63,582 nucleotides of DNA, filler included, from Octopus bimaculoides (GCF_001194135.2; 8 parts of 6 records of this genome joined end to end with filler, not necessarily neighbours in it); one strand, 5' to 3'. Shown: positions 26,470-38,345, counted from the first letter of the whole stretch. Translations and numbers: made by a program. Notes: generated by a model not told the origin, from the sequence alone.

Positions 26470-26690
26470 TCTTTTACTTGTTCCAATCGTTAGACTGTGG
26501 TCATGCTGGGGCAGAGCTTTGAAGAATTTTTAGTCAAATGAGTCAAACCGCCCCCTCCCCAGTACTTATTTTTTTAAAACCTGGAACTTATCCTATCAAT
26601 CTCTTTAGCTGAACCTCTAAATTACAGGGATGTAAACAAACCAGCACTGGCTGTCAATCGTGGTGAGAGATAAACAGACACCACACACAC
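26470..26690 (-). mobile_element. SINE family D 3' region
   Basis: CTTTTACTTGTTCCAATCGTTAGACTGTGGTCATGCTGG..., homologous to 3105 and 25278. Confidence 0.65.
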
Positions 26691-26837
26691 ACACACACAT
26701 ATATACATAAGTATAAATATATACATACATATATATATGTGTATATGTGATGGTTCTTTTGTTAAGCAGCATCGGTTCTTACAATTCTGTAAATAATAAC
26801 AGTATTTTATAAGCTTAAAGCTTATAAGTGATCATTG

Positions 26838-27157
26838 TTTAACGTCCGCTTTCCATGCTGGCATGGGTTGGACAGTTTGACTGAGGTCTAGCAACAGGCT
26901 GCACCAGTCTCCAATCTGATCTGGCAAAGTTTTTACAGCTGGATGCCCTTCCTAATGCCAACCACTCCGAGAGTGTAGTGGGTGCTTTTACATGCCACCT
27001 GCACAGGAGGCACTGGCAATGACCATGCTCGAATGGGGCTCTTTCATGTGCCACTGGCACAGGAGCCAGTCAGCGACCCTGGCAACGATCGCGCTCAAAT
27101 GGTGCTTTAACGTTCCACTGGCACAGATGCCAATCAGGTGGTACTGTCATCGGCCAC
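26838..27157 (-). mobile_element. RTE-LINE 3' UTR copy with GTGCCACTGGCAC subrepeats
   Basis: TTTAACGTCCGCTTTCCATGC...CAGCTGGATGCCCTTCCTAATGCCAACC, followed by repeated (T/C)CAC(C/T)(T/G)GCACAG units. Confidence 0.85.
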
Positions 27158-27189
27158 GTATATATATATATATATATATATACATATAT

Positions 27190-27383
27190 CATCATCATCA
27201 TCATCATCGTTTAACATCCGCCTTCCATGCTAGCATGGGTTGGACGATTTGACTGAGGACTGGTGAAACCGGATGGCAACACCAGGCTCCAATCTAATTT
27301 GGCAGAGTTTCTACAGCTGGATGCCCTTCCTAACGCCAACCACTCAGAGAGTGTAGTGGGTGCTTTTACGTGTCACCCGCACG
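27190..27383 (-). mobile_element. RTE-LINE 3' tail copy with (ATC)n
   Basis: Near-exact reverse complement of 34988-35181. Confidence 0.9.
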
Positions 27384-28868
27384 ATACATACATAAATATA
27401 TATATACATACATAAATATATATATATAAATACATATATATACATACATAAATACATATATACACATATATATAAAAGCAAAATAAATCCAGGCAGTTAC
27501 CAATAATGCACTCAGTGTTAAATGAATTTGGTTAACTATATCAACCAATCAGAGACCAATAAACTCAAGTAGAATTAACATTCAAGATAACTCTTCTTGT
27601 ATGACAAGTAAATCCAAATATCATTTGAAAGAATTTCAAGAAATTCAGAGTATAAAACAACAAGAACAAGAATGGAGAAAATCACAACTTTAATTGGTGA
27701 TTTACACCATACATAACTGATGATCGTTTCTATTGTGCCAGTATATTTAGATACAGAACAAAAGGTGCAAAATACCCGGTAAATTAACATATCTGAAAAT
27801 TTATGCTAACATAACGTTATCAAAGCAATCCAAAATAGGTTAAATTCGAAGTGAACTGAAACAATATCTCTAATAGGTTAATGAGTGCAAAATGAATGTT
27901 AAGGAGAAATATAATTTTCTAAGAAAAGCCAGTTTAGTATTTAACTTTTGATAATGTCAGAAGATAACAAAAGATTAAAAAATATTAATGGAAATTCTAT
28001 GCCATGACAATTAGTTATCTATCTGTTAAATATACTAAAAAATGTGTTTCTTAAGAAAAATTAGATAATAGGAAAAATAATTATAAATAATAGGAAAAAT
28101 TATTATAAATAATGGGTTATTTACTATTGAAATATTTGAATTTTTTCTATATTTACAAGAATATCTCAATGTAAAATTACTTTTAAAATTTGATAATATG
28201 AATTTAAAAGTAATTATATAATTTTAAATGTGATCTAGGCCTTGATCACATTTAAAATTATATAATTACTTTTAAATCCTTCAAGGTGGTGCTCCAGCAT
28301 GGCCACAGTCAAATGGCTGAAACAAGTGAAGGATAAAAGATAAAAAGAAAAGAGGAAAAAATATAAATATTTAAAAAGAAATAAAAAGTAAAAAACAAAT
28401 GATTTTGAAATTCTTTTATTCTTTTCCCATAATTTGTTAAATGTTAAAAATAAATCTCCATTTCCATATTTGTACGTAAAATACATTTTAAAAAAAAATT
28501 CAAGCAATACAGAAAAGAATTAAAAGTTCCTATTCAACAGGGTAATGTATCAGGTTACTTCTTGATCGATAGATTCTATGTTCAATTCTTAAGGTGTCCA
28601 TATTGTTTTTGTTTTTTAATATGCAAGATGTTTAATTCTGCATTACCTAAGTGTTGTTGTTGTTTAGCACCAAGTCTGGTCGAGTGGAGCAGATCTATGA
28701 TCAAAACAATTCCACCCATGACCATCACAATTTTTTTCCCATGATATCTAGGATTATGCAGTTTTTAAGGTACCCTTCCTTGTTTAAGATGGTTTGGTCT
28801 GAAGGATATGCCATACTATAGTGGGAGTAGGGGGTGTAAAGATCACATAGCTAGAAAAAGTGTACACA

Positions 28869-28903
<35 letters not shown>

Positions 28904-29214
28904 GTGTATGTATATACGTACGTATGTGTAAGTATGTATATGTATATGTGTAATCCCATGGTCATTCATGACCAAAGGGTGATATTATATAAATGTGTAT
29001 ATATATATATATACGTGTATAAGGGATGACCACTAGATGGACATCCAATTGAATTAATATTCAATTTATCACCCTATCTATATAAATACATACATACATA
29101 CATCCTAACTTCATGCCCTGCATACAATACCGGACTGACTTGGTGCCTCAACTTAAGTACCTAATTCAACTGAATCTTAATTANNNNNNNNNNACTGAAT
29201 CTTAATTATTTCTG

Positions 29215-29266
<52 letters not shown>

Positions 29267-29697
29267 TAAAAAGAAAATTTTCGAAAAGTTTCTTGATACA
29301 ATCACAATATATTTGAAAATGATTTTCTTAAATCAAAAATTATTAATTATATATATATATATATATATATATGAATTAGCACCGGTTGCTTCAATATATA
29401 TATAGAACTTCTCAGTTAGGCCAAAGCAGCAGCTTCATTTATGATGTTACTCAATATGACCCTTTTTTGAAGTATGCAAATATCACCATCAACAATCATC
29501 ATTCACAAGACTAACTGGTAAATTACATGTAATCTTCATGTTTGAAATCCCTTGTAACAATGCAGTGAATTCCTAACTGTTGATCAATTTATATATATGT
29601 ATGTTTGTGTGTGTATCTATGTATGTATATATGTTAATACCAAACAGTGACAATGAGTGCTCACACCGCATTGGTGGATATATATATTCTTATATTG

Positions 29698-29886
29698 CTT
29701 ACTTGTGGATTAACAAAGCATCCATGGTTTCATGTTCTCTTCACAATTGTTGAAGCATGCCACACGGAAGTGTTGATACTCATCTCCAAAATGGAGAATC
29801 GTACCAACACACATGTGGCATGCTAGAACAATTGTGAAGATCTTTTCACATGAAGCCATTGGTTGCCTTGTTAACCCATAAATAAA
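29698..29886. repeat. ~190-bp imperfect inverted repeat (hairpin, MITE-like)
   Basis: Arms CTTCACAATTGTT (29739-29751) / AACAATTGTGAAG (29827-29839), AGCATGCCACA / TGTGGCATGCT and TCTCCA-aaa-TGGAGA, with further outer pairing. Confidence 0.85.
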
Positions 29887-29927
29887 ATAAAAGACACACA
29901 CACATACATATACATATATACCCAAAG

Positions 29928-30100
29928 TCCATTCTGACGTGGGCTGGATGATCCAACAGGGTCTGATGGATGCAAGGACTGCATTGTGCTCCACTTTGGC
30001 ACAGTCTCTATAGCTGGATGCCTTTCCTAATGCCAACTAATTCACAACATGTACTGGGTTGTTGTTTCTTTTTTATGGCACCAACACTAGTGAGTTTGGC
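29928..30100 (-). mobile_element. Diverged RTE-LINE 3' tail copy
   Basis: TATAGCTGGATGCCTTTCCTAATGCCAAC matches the tail family core. Confidence 0.6.
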
Positions 30101-30267
30101 ATGTGACTTAAGAGACTATGAATTTCCAAAAGATTGTTTTTATGCTAGGAGATGAGGGGCTAGAGTATAAGAGAAGGAGAACAGAGCAGGTTCTGGTAAA
30201 AGAACTGCATAGTTAATCATCACATTTAATAGAGGAGGGGACAGAATAATCAGTAGGAGCTGTGAAG

Positions 30268-30317
<50 letters not shown>

Positions 30318-30518
30318 TTCATATATGTAAATAGTTTATTTAAAATATACCATTTCCAGAGAATAAAACACAAGCAGCACAGCAAAAATCTGATGAATTT
30401 TCTTAGTCCTACAAGAGAAAGAGAAAAAAGATTGAAATACTAAATGACAATTATTGATTTAATTATTGTTAATTTAAGATTGATTAAAGATTGACTCAAA
30501 GAGATTTCTGTAACTCAC

Positions 30519-30574
30519 CATGATGTCTTTGGTTGTATTTTAGTTTCCAGTCTTTTCTATCTTTGGAATAGGCA
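30519..30574 (-). other. Candidate 56-nt exon with strong donor (CATG|GTGAGT), unassigned
   Basis: Minus strand: ttattattttttggtag|TGCCTATTCC...ACATCATG|gtgagt. One frame is open (AYSKDRKDWKLKYNQRHH), or it is a 5' UTR ending in ATG. Confidence 0.25.
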
Positions 30575-30700
30575 CTACCAAAAAATAATAATAAAAAAGA
30601 CCAAACTTAAAAAGAAATAAAGTTAGATGATTTTGATTACTTAATTACAACTCTTTATGTTCTAAGTTCAAACCTGGCCAAAGTCAACTTTGTCTTTCAT

Positions 30701-30871
30701 GGTGATGTAGGAAAAGGTAAACATCGTCACACTTACATTGACAACTTGATTGCAGACACTGGCCTGGAATGTATCCAGGACCTTGAAGCAGTGATGATGG
30801 ACTGAGAAATGTGGTAAGTAGACTTTGTTGCTGCAACCCAGGTTGGAATCCAGCAATAATAATAATAATAA
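30701..30871 (+). mobile_element. 5'-truncated RTE-like 3' end inserted into a family C SINE
   Basis: Encodes GKGKHRHTYIDNLIADTGLECIQDLEAVMMD*EMW (RTE C-terminal pattern) with an (AAT)n tail. Flanked by TTGTCTTTCAT and TTGCCTTTCAT, a TSD-like pair. Confidence 0.65.
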
Positions 30872-31305
30872 TTGCCTTTCATCCTTCAAGAGTGGATAAG
30901 ATGAAATATCAGTCCAGGACGGTGCTGTTAGCACTCCGCTGGCACAGGTGCCAGTCATCGAATTTGGTTCAATTACGATTTCGATTTCACTTGCCCCAAC
31001 AGGTATCTGCAAACAGAGTTTAGTGTCCAATGAAGGAAAGGTTGGCATGGGTGCCAGTCATCTCTGGGAAATATTCACGGGTCCTGCTAGCTATCATTAT
31101 GATTATGGTAAATGGTTTTGGCACAGTTCAGTTAGGCATTTTATTGTGTTTAATACTTCGACTGTTAAAATTCAAGATTTTCATTTTCACTAACCTTGAA
31201 ATTTGAAACAGGGCCAGCTTTCCTTGAACTGGTTCTGGAACGAACTGATGGAGGAAAGGGTTCTGAAAATAGAAATATATAAATACTTTATTAATTATTG
31301 ATGTG

Positions 31306-31424
<119 letters not shown>

Positions 31425-31454
31425 TTTCAAGTTTTTGCCACAAGGGAAGTTTGG

Positions 31455-31630
31455 GGGAAGGGATTAAGTCGATTAGATCGACCCCAGTGCGTAACTGATA
31501 CTTGTTTAAGCGACCCCGAAAAGATGAAAGGCAAAGTCGATCTCAGTGGAATTTGAACTCAGAATGTAGCGGCAGATGAAATACCGCTAAGCATTTCGTC
31601 CAACGTGCTAATGATTCTGCCAGCTTGCTA
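31455..31630 (-). mobile_element. tRNA-derived SINE family C
   Basis: GACCCCGAAAAGATGAAAGGCAAAGTCGA...GGAATTTGAACTCAGAA...GCTAAGCATTTCG, the reverse complement of the 59730 unit. Confidence 0.8.
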
Positions 31631-31744
31631 CTTTACTACTACTACTACTACTATGACTACTACTACCACCAATTATAACTATCATTCAATTATAATCATA
31701 ATAATCCTTCCTACTATAGGCATAAGGCTTGAAATTTCGGGGGA

Positions 31745-31922
31745 GGTGGGGCTAGGTGATTGCATTGATCCCAGTGATCAAATGGCACTTATTTTATCAA
31801 CTCTGAAAGGATGAAAGGCAAAGTGGATCATGGTGGTATTTGAATGCAGAATATAAAGATAGATGAAATGCTGCTAAGCATTTTGCCTGGCATGCTAACA
31901 ACTCTGCTGGTTCGCTGCCTTA
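31745..31922 (-). mobile_element. tRNA-derived SINE family C (diverged)
   Basis: GAAAGGATGAAAGGCAAAGTGGA...GCTAAGCATTTTGCCTGGCATGCTAAC. Confidence 0.7.
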
Positions 31923-32342
31923 TGTGTGTCTCTAATATTGAAATAAATGAAGGCATGCAACCTTATTGGAACAATAGTAGCACAATGACATGGGACTGGA
32001 TCAGAGCAGACCTAGGGTTAAACAAGACAGTATGAACTCAATGACATACAGACAGACACTTACCTGCTATTTACTTCATGAAGTTTTAGGGGTTTCAGCT
32101 TGTCTCCCAGAAGTGCCAAAGTACAGGCTTCGAGGTTTTGATCCCATTCCTTGGTCAAACACTGACCATCCTTTTAATGAATAGAAATGAAGAAATATAT
32201 ACATCAACCTATGATATATATACACATATTTGTGTAAGTGTATGTGTATGTGTGTGTGTATATGTGTGTGTGTATGCATGCGTGTGTGTGTATGTTTGTA
32301 TGTATATATATGTATATACATATGTATGTGTGTGTGAGTACA

Positions 32343-32400
<58 letters not shown>

Positions 32401-32594
32401 TAGATAAATAGAAACAGAAAGACAGACAGACAGACATACAAACATACAGACAGACAGATAGACACAGATAGATACGTACATACATACATACATATATCGA
32501 TATGATATATGTATAAATACATATAAGGAGATGATAAAGTTGACAGTAAAAAAGGAGTAGGAGGAGAAGAAGGGTTATCAGTTTTTTTTAAGGG

Positions 32595-32766
32595 AGAGGG
32601 AAGTCGATTACATCAACCTCAGTATTCAGCTGGTACTTATTTTATTGACCCCGAAGGGATGAGAGGTAAAGATGACCTCAATAGTATTTGAACTCAGAAT
32701 GTGAAGCTAGAAGAAATGCTGCTAAGCATTCTGTCCAGTGTGCTAACGATTCTGCCAGCTTGCTAC
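32595..32766 (-). mobile_element. tRNA-derived SINE family C
   Basis: GACCCCGAAGGGATGAGAGGTAAAG...TTTGAACTCAGAA...GCTAACGATTCTGCCAGCT. Confidence 0.75.
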
Positions 32767-32772
32767 CTTAAC

Positions 32773-32816
<44 letters not shown>

Positions 32817-33199
32817 TAATAATAATAACAATGATGATCTTACCTCGACAAAAAGGATCAGTTTTCCTGCCGCTAAAACATTCAACAGATGAACAAGATG
32901 GCTGAGTCCAGTAGAAGTGACTGGGAGCTAAAGAAAGAGAAATTCGAGATTATATAGAGTTACTTATATATGTATGCATACATAAATCTCTCTCTCTCAC
33001 TATATATATATATATACGTATGTATATAAAAATTTATGCCAGCCATCAATCTCATATAAGCATGGAAGATGGACATTTGATGATGATGATGAGGAGCAGG
33101 ATATATTCCATCAGGGTTGTTATTTAACAAATCATCAATGTTCTCCTTTCCCTTTTCCTTCCAAACTGTGATACGGTGGCAGTAAGTTATTTATTGAAT

Positions 33200-33420
33200 A
33201 CTGACACAACTCAATTACACAATGGTGCAGGATTCAGTACCCAGCAGCAATAATTAGTAAAACAATCTAAATGACATGAAAAAAGAGACCACATCCAACA
33301 ATGCCCACAATTATGCAGATGACATGACCTTTCATTCCTCTCTAACTTTCCCCAACCATGCAACATGCACATTTAAAGGGTTAAAATTTAAAGAAGAAAG
33401 CGCATATCAGTTGAATTATG
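33200..33420 (+). mobile_element. Highly decayed CR1/Jockey-group reverse transcriptase remnant
   Basis: TSNNAHNYADDMTFHSSL, with YADD at 33312-33323. Surrounding frames are broken. Confidence 0.4.
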
Positions 33421-33661
33421 ATTATTTACCAGTTTCTGGGAACTTAGTTTAGCAGACAACACAACTAGTTGAGGACCAAACTGAAAAAAAAAGAGATGAG
33501 TTCAGTGGCTTGCAATGAAAATTAAATGATTGCAAATAAAGTTAGTGAATCTTGATTACATTCAAAGACAGCAGAAATTTCAACACAGAATTCAAGGACA
33601 GGCACAATACTACTAAGCATTTTACTTGGTGTGCTAACAATTCTGACAGTTCACTACCTTG

Positions 33662-33692
<31 letters not shown>

Positions 33693-34123
33693 TAATAATT
33701 ATATTGTTGCTGACCTGATAAGCCAATGGTAAGATTATTTGGTGGAAAACAGCCATGTATTCTCCATCGCCAATCTGAAAGAAAGAATGTAAAGAACTGT
33801 TTTAGATATGTAAATTGGCCATCATTATTATGTCTGCTCTTTCCATGGCTTAGATGAGTCTTTGTTGCATAATTATTCTATGGCTAAGATGTCCCTCCTA
33901 TCACCATCCTTCTCTGGTTTCCAAGGGAACTATATATTCCCATCATTTTTCACATGATGATCTGCACAACAGCCAGACATGTTTTTACGGCAGCCATAAA
34001 CATTACCACTGGAAAAATTTACAACCTTCTACGTCAATAAACCACCATTATTGCTGAAAGTTGTTTTCTATCTTCTAAAGATTTTTCAAAGCTTACTAAC
34101 TTCCTACACCTTGATCCTTGAAT

Positions 34124-34156
<33 letters not shown>

Positions 34157-34932
34157 NNNNNNNNNNNNNNNNNNNNNNNNNNNNNNNNNNNNNNNNNNNN
34201 NNNNNNNNNNNNNNNNNNNNNNNNNNNNNNNNNNNNNNNNNNNNNNNNNNNNNNNNNNNNNNNNNNNNNNNNNNNNNNNNNNNNNNNNNNNNNNNNNNNN
34301 NNNNNNNNNNNNNNNNNNNNNNNNNNNNNNNNNNNNNNNNNNNNNNNNNNNNNNNNNNNNNNNNNNNNNNNNNNNNNNNNNNNNNNNNNNNNNNNNNNNN
34401 NNNNNNNNNNNNNNNNNNNNNNNNNNNNNNNNNNNNNNNNNNNNNNNNNNNNNNNNNNNNNNNNNNNNNNNNNNNNNNNNNNNNNNNNNNNNNNNNNNNN
34501 NNNNNNNNNNNNNNNNNNNNNNNNNNNNNNNNNNNNNNNNNNNNNNNNNNNNNNNNNNNNNNNNNNNNNNNNNNNNNNNNNNNNNNNNNNNNNNNNNNNN
34601 NNNNNNNNNNNNNNNNNNNNNNNNNNNNNNNNNNNNNNNNNNNNNNNNNNNNNNNNNNNNNNNNNNNNNNNNNNNNNNNNNNNNNNNNNNNNNNNNNNNN
34701 NNNNNNNNNNNNNNNNNNNNNNNNNNNNNNNNNNNNNNNNNNNNNNNNNNNNNNNNNNNNNNNNNNNNNNNNNNNNNNNNNNNNNNNNNNNNNNNNNNNN
34801 NNNNNNNNNNNNNNNNNNNNNNNNNNNNNNNNNNNNNNNNNNNNNNNNNNNNNNNNNNNNNNNNNNNNNNNNNNNNNNNNNNNNNNNNNNNNNNNNNNNN
34901 NNNNNNNNNNNNNNNNNNNNNNNNNNNNNNNN

Positions 34933-35181
34933 GGACTGGCTTGTGCGGGTGGCACATAAAAGACACCATTTCGGGCGTGGCCGTTTTCGTGCGGGTGACA
35001 CGTAAAAGCACCCACTACACTCTCTGAGTGGTTGGCGTTAGGAAGGGCATCTAGCTGTAGAAACTCTGCCAAATTAGACTGGAGCCTGGTGTTGCCATCC
35101 GGTTTCACCAGTCCTCAGTCAAATCGTCCAACCCATGCTAGCATGGAAAGCGGACGTTAAACGATGATGATGATGATGATG
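34933..35181 (+). mobile_element. RTE-LINE 3' UTR/tail ending in (GAT)n
   Basis: GCGGGTGGCACATAAAAG / GCGGGTGACACGTAAAAG subrepeats, then the tail core and TTAAACGATGATGAT. Confidence 0.9.
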
Positions 35182-35746
35182 ATATATATATATATATATA
35201 TATAATACACAGTATGATAAATTCCTAGTTGTAGTCAGTGGTAGCACTGTACATTTAATATTGGCTTGAGGAGCCAAATGCAATAATAACAAAGACAAGA
35301 GCTACACGCAATAAAAGAATGTCCTATCCAGGGAGATATTTATCTCACATCTCCTTCATACAATAAAAACAGCATCTTGTAAAGCAATTAGGGAGATATA
35401 TCTAACATGCTGGTGTCTGCCTGAGACATCTCTTCTTCTTCTTCTGGTGGTAGTGGTGGTGGAAGTTTTAGTGGTGGTAGCAGATAAGACAGTATAACCA
35501 AATCTAAGGCAGAAACAGACAGAGGTGGAGGAGATGGCAGTGGAAGGGGAAATGCAAGAATAAGAAACTCCACCCTAACATTGAGAACAATCTGGTTGCA
35601 AAAACATTCTAATTAAGGGGTAGGTGGTGTTAAGGACCCAACACTCTATTGGCAGATAAGTGGTAGAATGCAGTCTGAGAAATTTCAATGTAAATACAGA
35701 CCAGATTGGATAAGTAGGTAACCTGGTTTCTTTAGATGGAGAACTG

Positions 35747-35801
<55 letters not shown>

Positions 35802-36198
35802 TAATAATAATAACAACAATGATAATAAAAACAGCAACAACAACAGTAGCTTGGTTTTAAAATGTGTGGGGAGGGGGGTGTTAAGTGGAAGATGTAGTGG
35901 CGCTGATGGTAGTGCCAGATAAAGTAGTGATGCTGATGATAGTGGGTGGGGGTGGGTAGTGGTGGTGGTGGTGGTGAAGCAGGGTAGTGGAAATGTGGTG
36001 TGGTGCGGTGTGGTGGTTGTAATAAAGACGGCTGACAGCAGTGGCGACGATGTGTGTGTGTATGTGTGCGTGTATGAGTGTGCGTAAACACACATACACA
36101 CATATATATATCATCATCATCATATATTTATGTATATGACTGTTTATGTATATACATATGTGTATGTGTGGCTGTGGGTGTGTGTGTGCATGTGTGTG

Positions 36199-36345
36199 AA
36201 GGAATGTGGCTTAGTGGTTAGGCTATTCAGCTCATGATCATAAAGTCGTGAGTTCAATTCCCAGCAGCTTGTTGTATCCTTGAGCAAGACACTTTATTTC
36301 ATGTTGCTCCAGTCCACTTAGCTGGCAAAAATGAGGAATACCTGT
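36199..36345 (+). mobile_element. tRNA-derived SINE family B (5' part)
   Basis: A box TGGCTTAGTGG, B box GAGTTCAATTCC, then GTATCCTTGAGCAAGACAC. Homologous to 56180. Confidence 0.8.
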
Positions 36346-36720
36346 AATACATGTATGTATGTGCGTGTATATATGTATGTGTATGTATGTATGTGTGCAT
36401 GTATGTATGTATGTCTGTGTATATGTATGTATGTAAGTATATGTTGTGTTTTTTTTTTTTCCAACTTACCTCATCACATGTAACATTGATACTAAATTCA
36501 GGAGTTGACATTTCCGACATCTCCGAAGTATTCACCCATACTGGCAGGTACAACACACTGCAAACAACAAACATCTTCAACTCATTAAACAAAATAAAAT
36601 CATTTACACAAACCAAATATNNNNNNNNNNNNNNNNNNNNNNNNNNNNNNNNNNNNNNNNNNNNTTAATTAATTAANNNNNNNNNNNNNNNNNNNNNNNN
36701 NNNNNNNNNNNNNNNNNNNN

Positions 36721-36815
36721 CTGCTACTACTGCTACTATTGATGCTGTTGCTGTTAATATTAACATTATTATTGTTGTTATTATTACTATTATCATCATC
36801 GTCGTCGTCGTCGTC

Positions 36816-36848
<33 letters not shown>

Positions 36849-37110
36849 ATGGTGATTCTACAGCCTCTGCCGTCACTTCTGTTACTACTGCTGCTGCTGC
36901 TGCTGCTGCTGTAGCTGCTGCTGATGATAAGGATGAAAATGATTATCACGGTTATTCTAATGCTGCTGGTGCTGCAGTTACTGATGATGATAGTGGTGAT
37001 GGCAAATGGTGATGCTGAGGCTGATGATGATGGCAATGATAATGATGATAATGATGATGATGATGATGACGACGACGGTAATGTGGCTGCTGCTATACTG
37101 TTACCGCTGG
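36721..37110. repeat. Compound trinucleotide low-complexity tract
   Basis: (TCG)/(TAG)/(CTG)/(GAT) runs are directly visible. Confidence 0.85.
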
Positions 37111-37167
37111 TGTTGTCGAATTAAAGTATAAATTCATTGAAATTTTCTTCAAACGAAAAACCAAATA

Positions 37168-37516
37168 CAAGAGCCCCCAGAGAGCGCAAACCCCCGCGAA
37201 GACAGCACCAACGTCCTCTCAACGATTAGCCAGAGATGCTTTTTAAAATGAGAATATCTGAATTAAACTCGACTGTTCTCACAAACGAGAATACTAAAAC
37301 TGAAGCCGACCGATCTCATAAATTCAAAAAATAACAACAAAAAAAAACAGGTAAAATAATCCAGAATCCTTGTCCGGTACCTGATCGATCCCAAAATCTA
37401 ATCGCTTCGTGCCAGCCACGAGGCCAAACATCCCTGAAAGTTTCATCGGAATCCATCGAGTGTTTCTTGAGATATGTTGTCAAATAAAGAAGCAAACAAA
37501 CATGACTGAAAACAAC
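37168..37516 (+). mobile_element. Possible non-autonomous Helitron/DINE-like element
   Basis: ACAAGAGC...GATCCCAAAATCTAATC...AAGTTTCATCGGAATCC...GAGATAT...ACAAACA..GAAAACAA resembles widespread invertebrate DINE/HINE-type repeats. Assignment is from pattern memory. Confidence 0.35.
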
Positions 37517-37536
37517 ATATGTATAAATGTATACGA

Positions 37537-37690
37537 CGAGATTCTTTCAGTTTCCGTCTACCAAATCCACTCACAAGGCTANNNNNNNNNNCAGTTTCCG
37601 TCTACCAAATCCACTCACAAGGCTATAGTAGAAGACACTTGCCCAAAGTGCCACGCAGTGGGATTGAACCTGGAACCATGTGGTTATGCT
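37537..37690 (-). mobile_element. tRNA-derived SINE family A (with gap-overlap duplication)
   Basis: CAGTTTCCGTCTACCAAATCCACTCACAAGGCTATAGTAGAAGACACTTGCCCAAAGTGCCACGCAGTGGGATTGAACC. Confidence 0.8.
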
Positions 37691-37770
37691 TTTTTATGTT
37701 TTATTTATTTTTAAGAACTGCAAGACATTGCTGTCGTTTCATAAGTTGTTTTGGTCCATCGCCCCATCCG

Positions 37771-38034
37771 CACCACATAGTGTAGTGGTTAAAAGTGTGG
37801 GCTACTAACCCCAAGATTCCGAGTTCGATTCCAAGCAGTGACCTGAATAATAATAATAATAATAACAATAATAACATCGAAATATACCTTAGGAATGAGA
37901 ACCCAGGTTCGAAGTTTCCCCAGGACACCTGATGAAGGCTGGAGGGTATATCAGCCGAAACGTGTTAACAACGGACAAATATCCGTCAAATGTAAACAAT
38001 GTACACAATTCCTCATCTCTGAAATATAGAACTG
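37771..38034 (+). mobile_element. tRNA-headed SINE-like element with internal (AAT)n and a hammerhead-ribozyme-like tail
   Basis: A box TAGTGTAGTGG (37778-37788), B box GAGTTCGATTCC (37821-37832), (AAT)n 37846-37875, then CTGATGA-A-GGCTG-N10-CAGCC-GAAA-CGT (37929-37963). Confidence 0.65.
37924..37966 (+). ncRNA. Minimal type-I hammerhead ribozyme-like motif (probably defective in this copy)
   Basis: Core CUGAUGA, perfect 5-bp stem II GGCUG/CAGCC, GAAA, and stem I GACAC/GUGUU. Stem III and the NUH site are truncated. Confidence 0.5.
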
Positions 38035-38059
38035 TATGGTACTTAATTTATTCTCTTCT

Positions 38060-38266
38060 ACTCTAGGCACAAGGCGCGAATGTTTGAGGGGTGGGTGGTA
38101 GTCGACTGGATCGACTCCAGTACGCAACTAGTACTTAATTTATCGAACCCGAAAGGATGAAAGGCAAGGTCAATCTCGGCGGAATTTGAACTCAGAACGT
38201 AAAGACAGACGAAATACCGCTGAGTATTTCGCCCGGCGTGCTAGCGATTCTGCCAGCTCGCCGCCT
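38060..38266 (-). mobile_element. tRNA-derived SINE family C
   Basis: CCGAAAGGATGAAAGGCAAGGTCAATCTCGGCGGAATTTGAACTCAGAACGTAA...GCTAGCGATTCTGCCAGCTCGCCGCC. Confidence 0.85.
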
Positions 38267-38345
38267 TAAAACTAATAAAGTATTAAAAGGTAAAAGGTTA
38301 ACATGAGTATCGATGTTTTTGTTGTTAGGCATGTTGCTGTTGTCA

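Noticed and set aside
27235-27275. CTGAGGA-CTGGT-GAAAC in the RTE tail as a hammerhead core
   Set aside because: No stem II can form between the core halves, and it lies antisense to the element.
26250-27790. Protein-looking short frames (MGNATAIRIERRGSKDP...; FTPYITDDRFYCASIFRYRTKG)
   Set aside because: They are short, interrupted by stops, lack consistent splice pairs and have no recognised homology.
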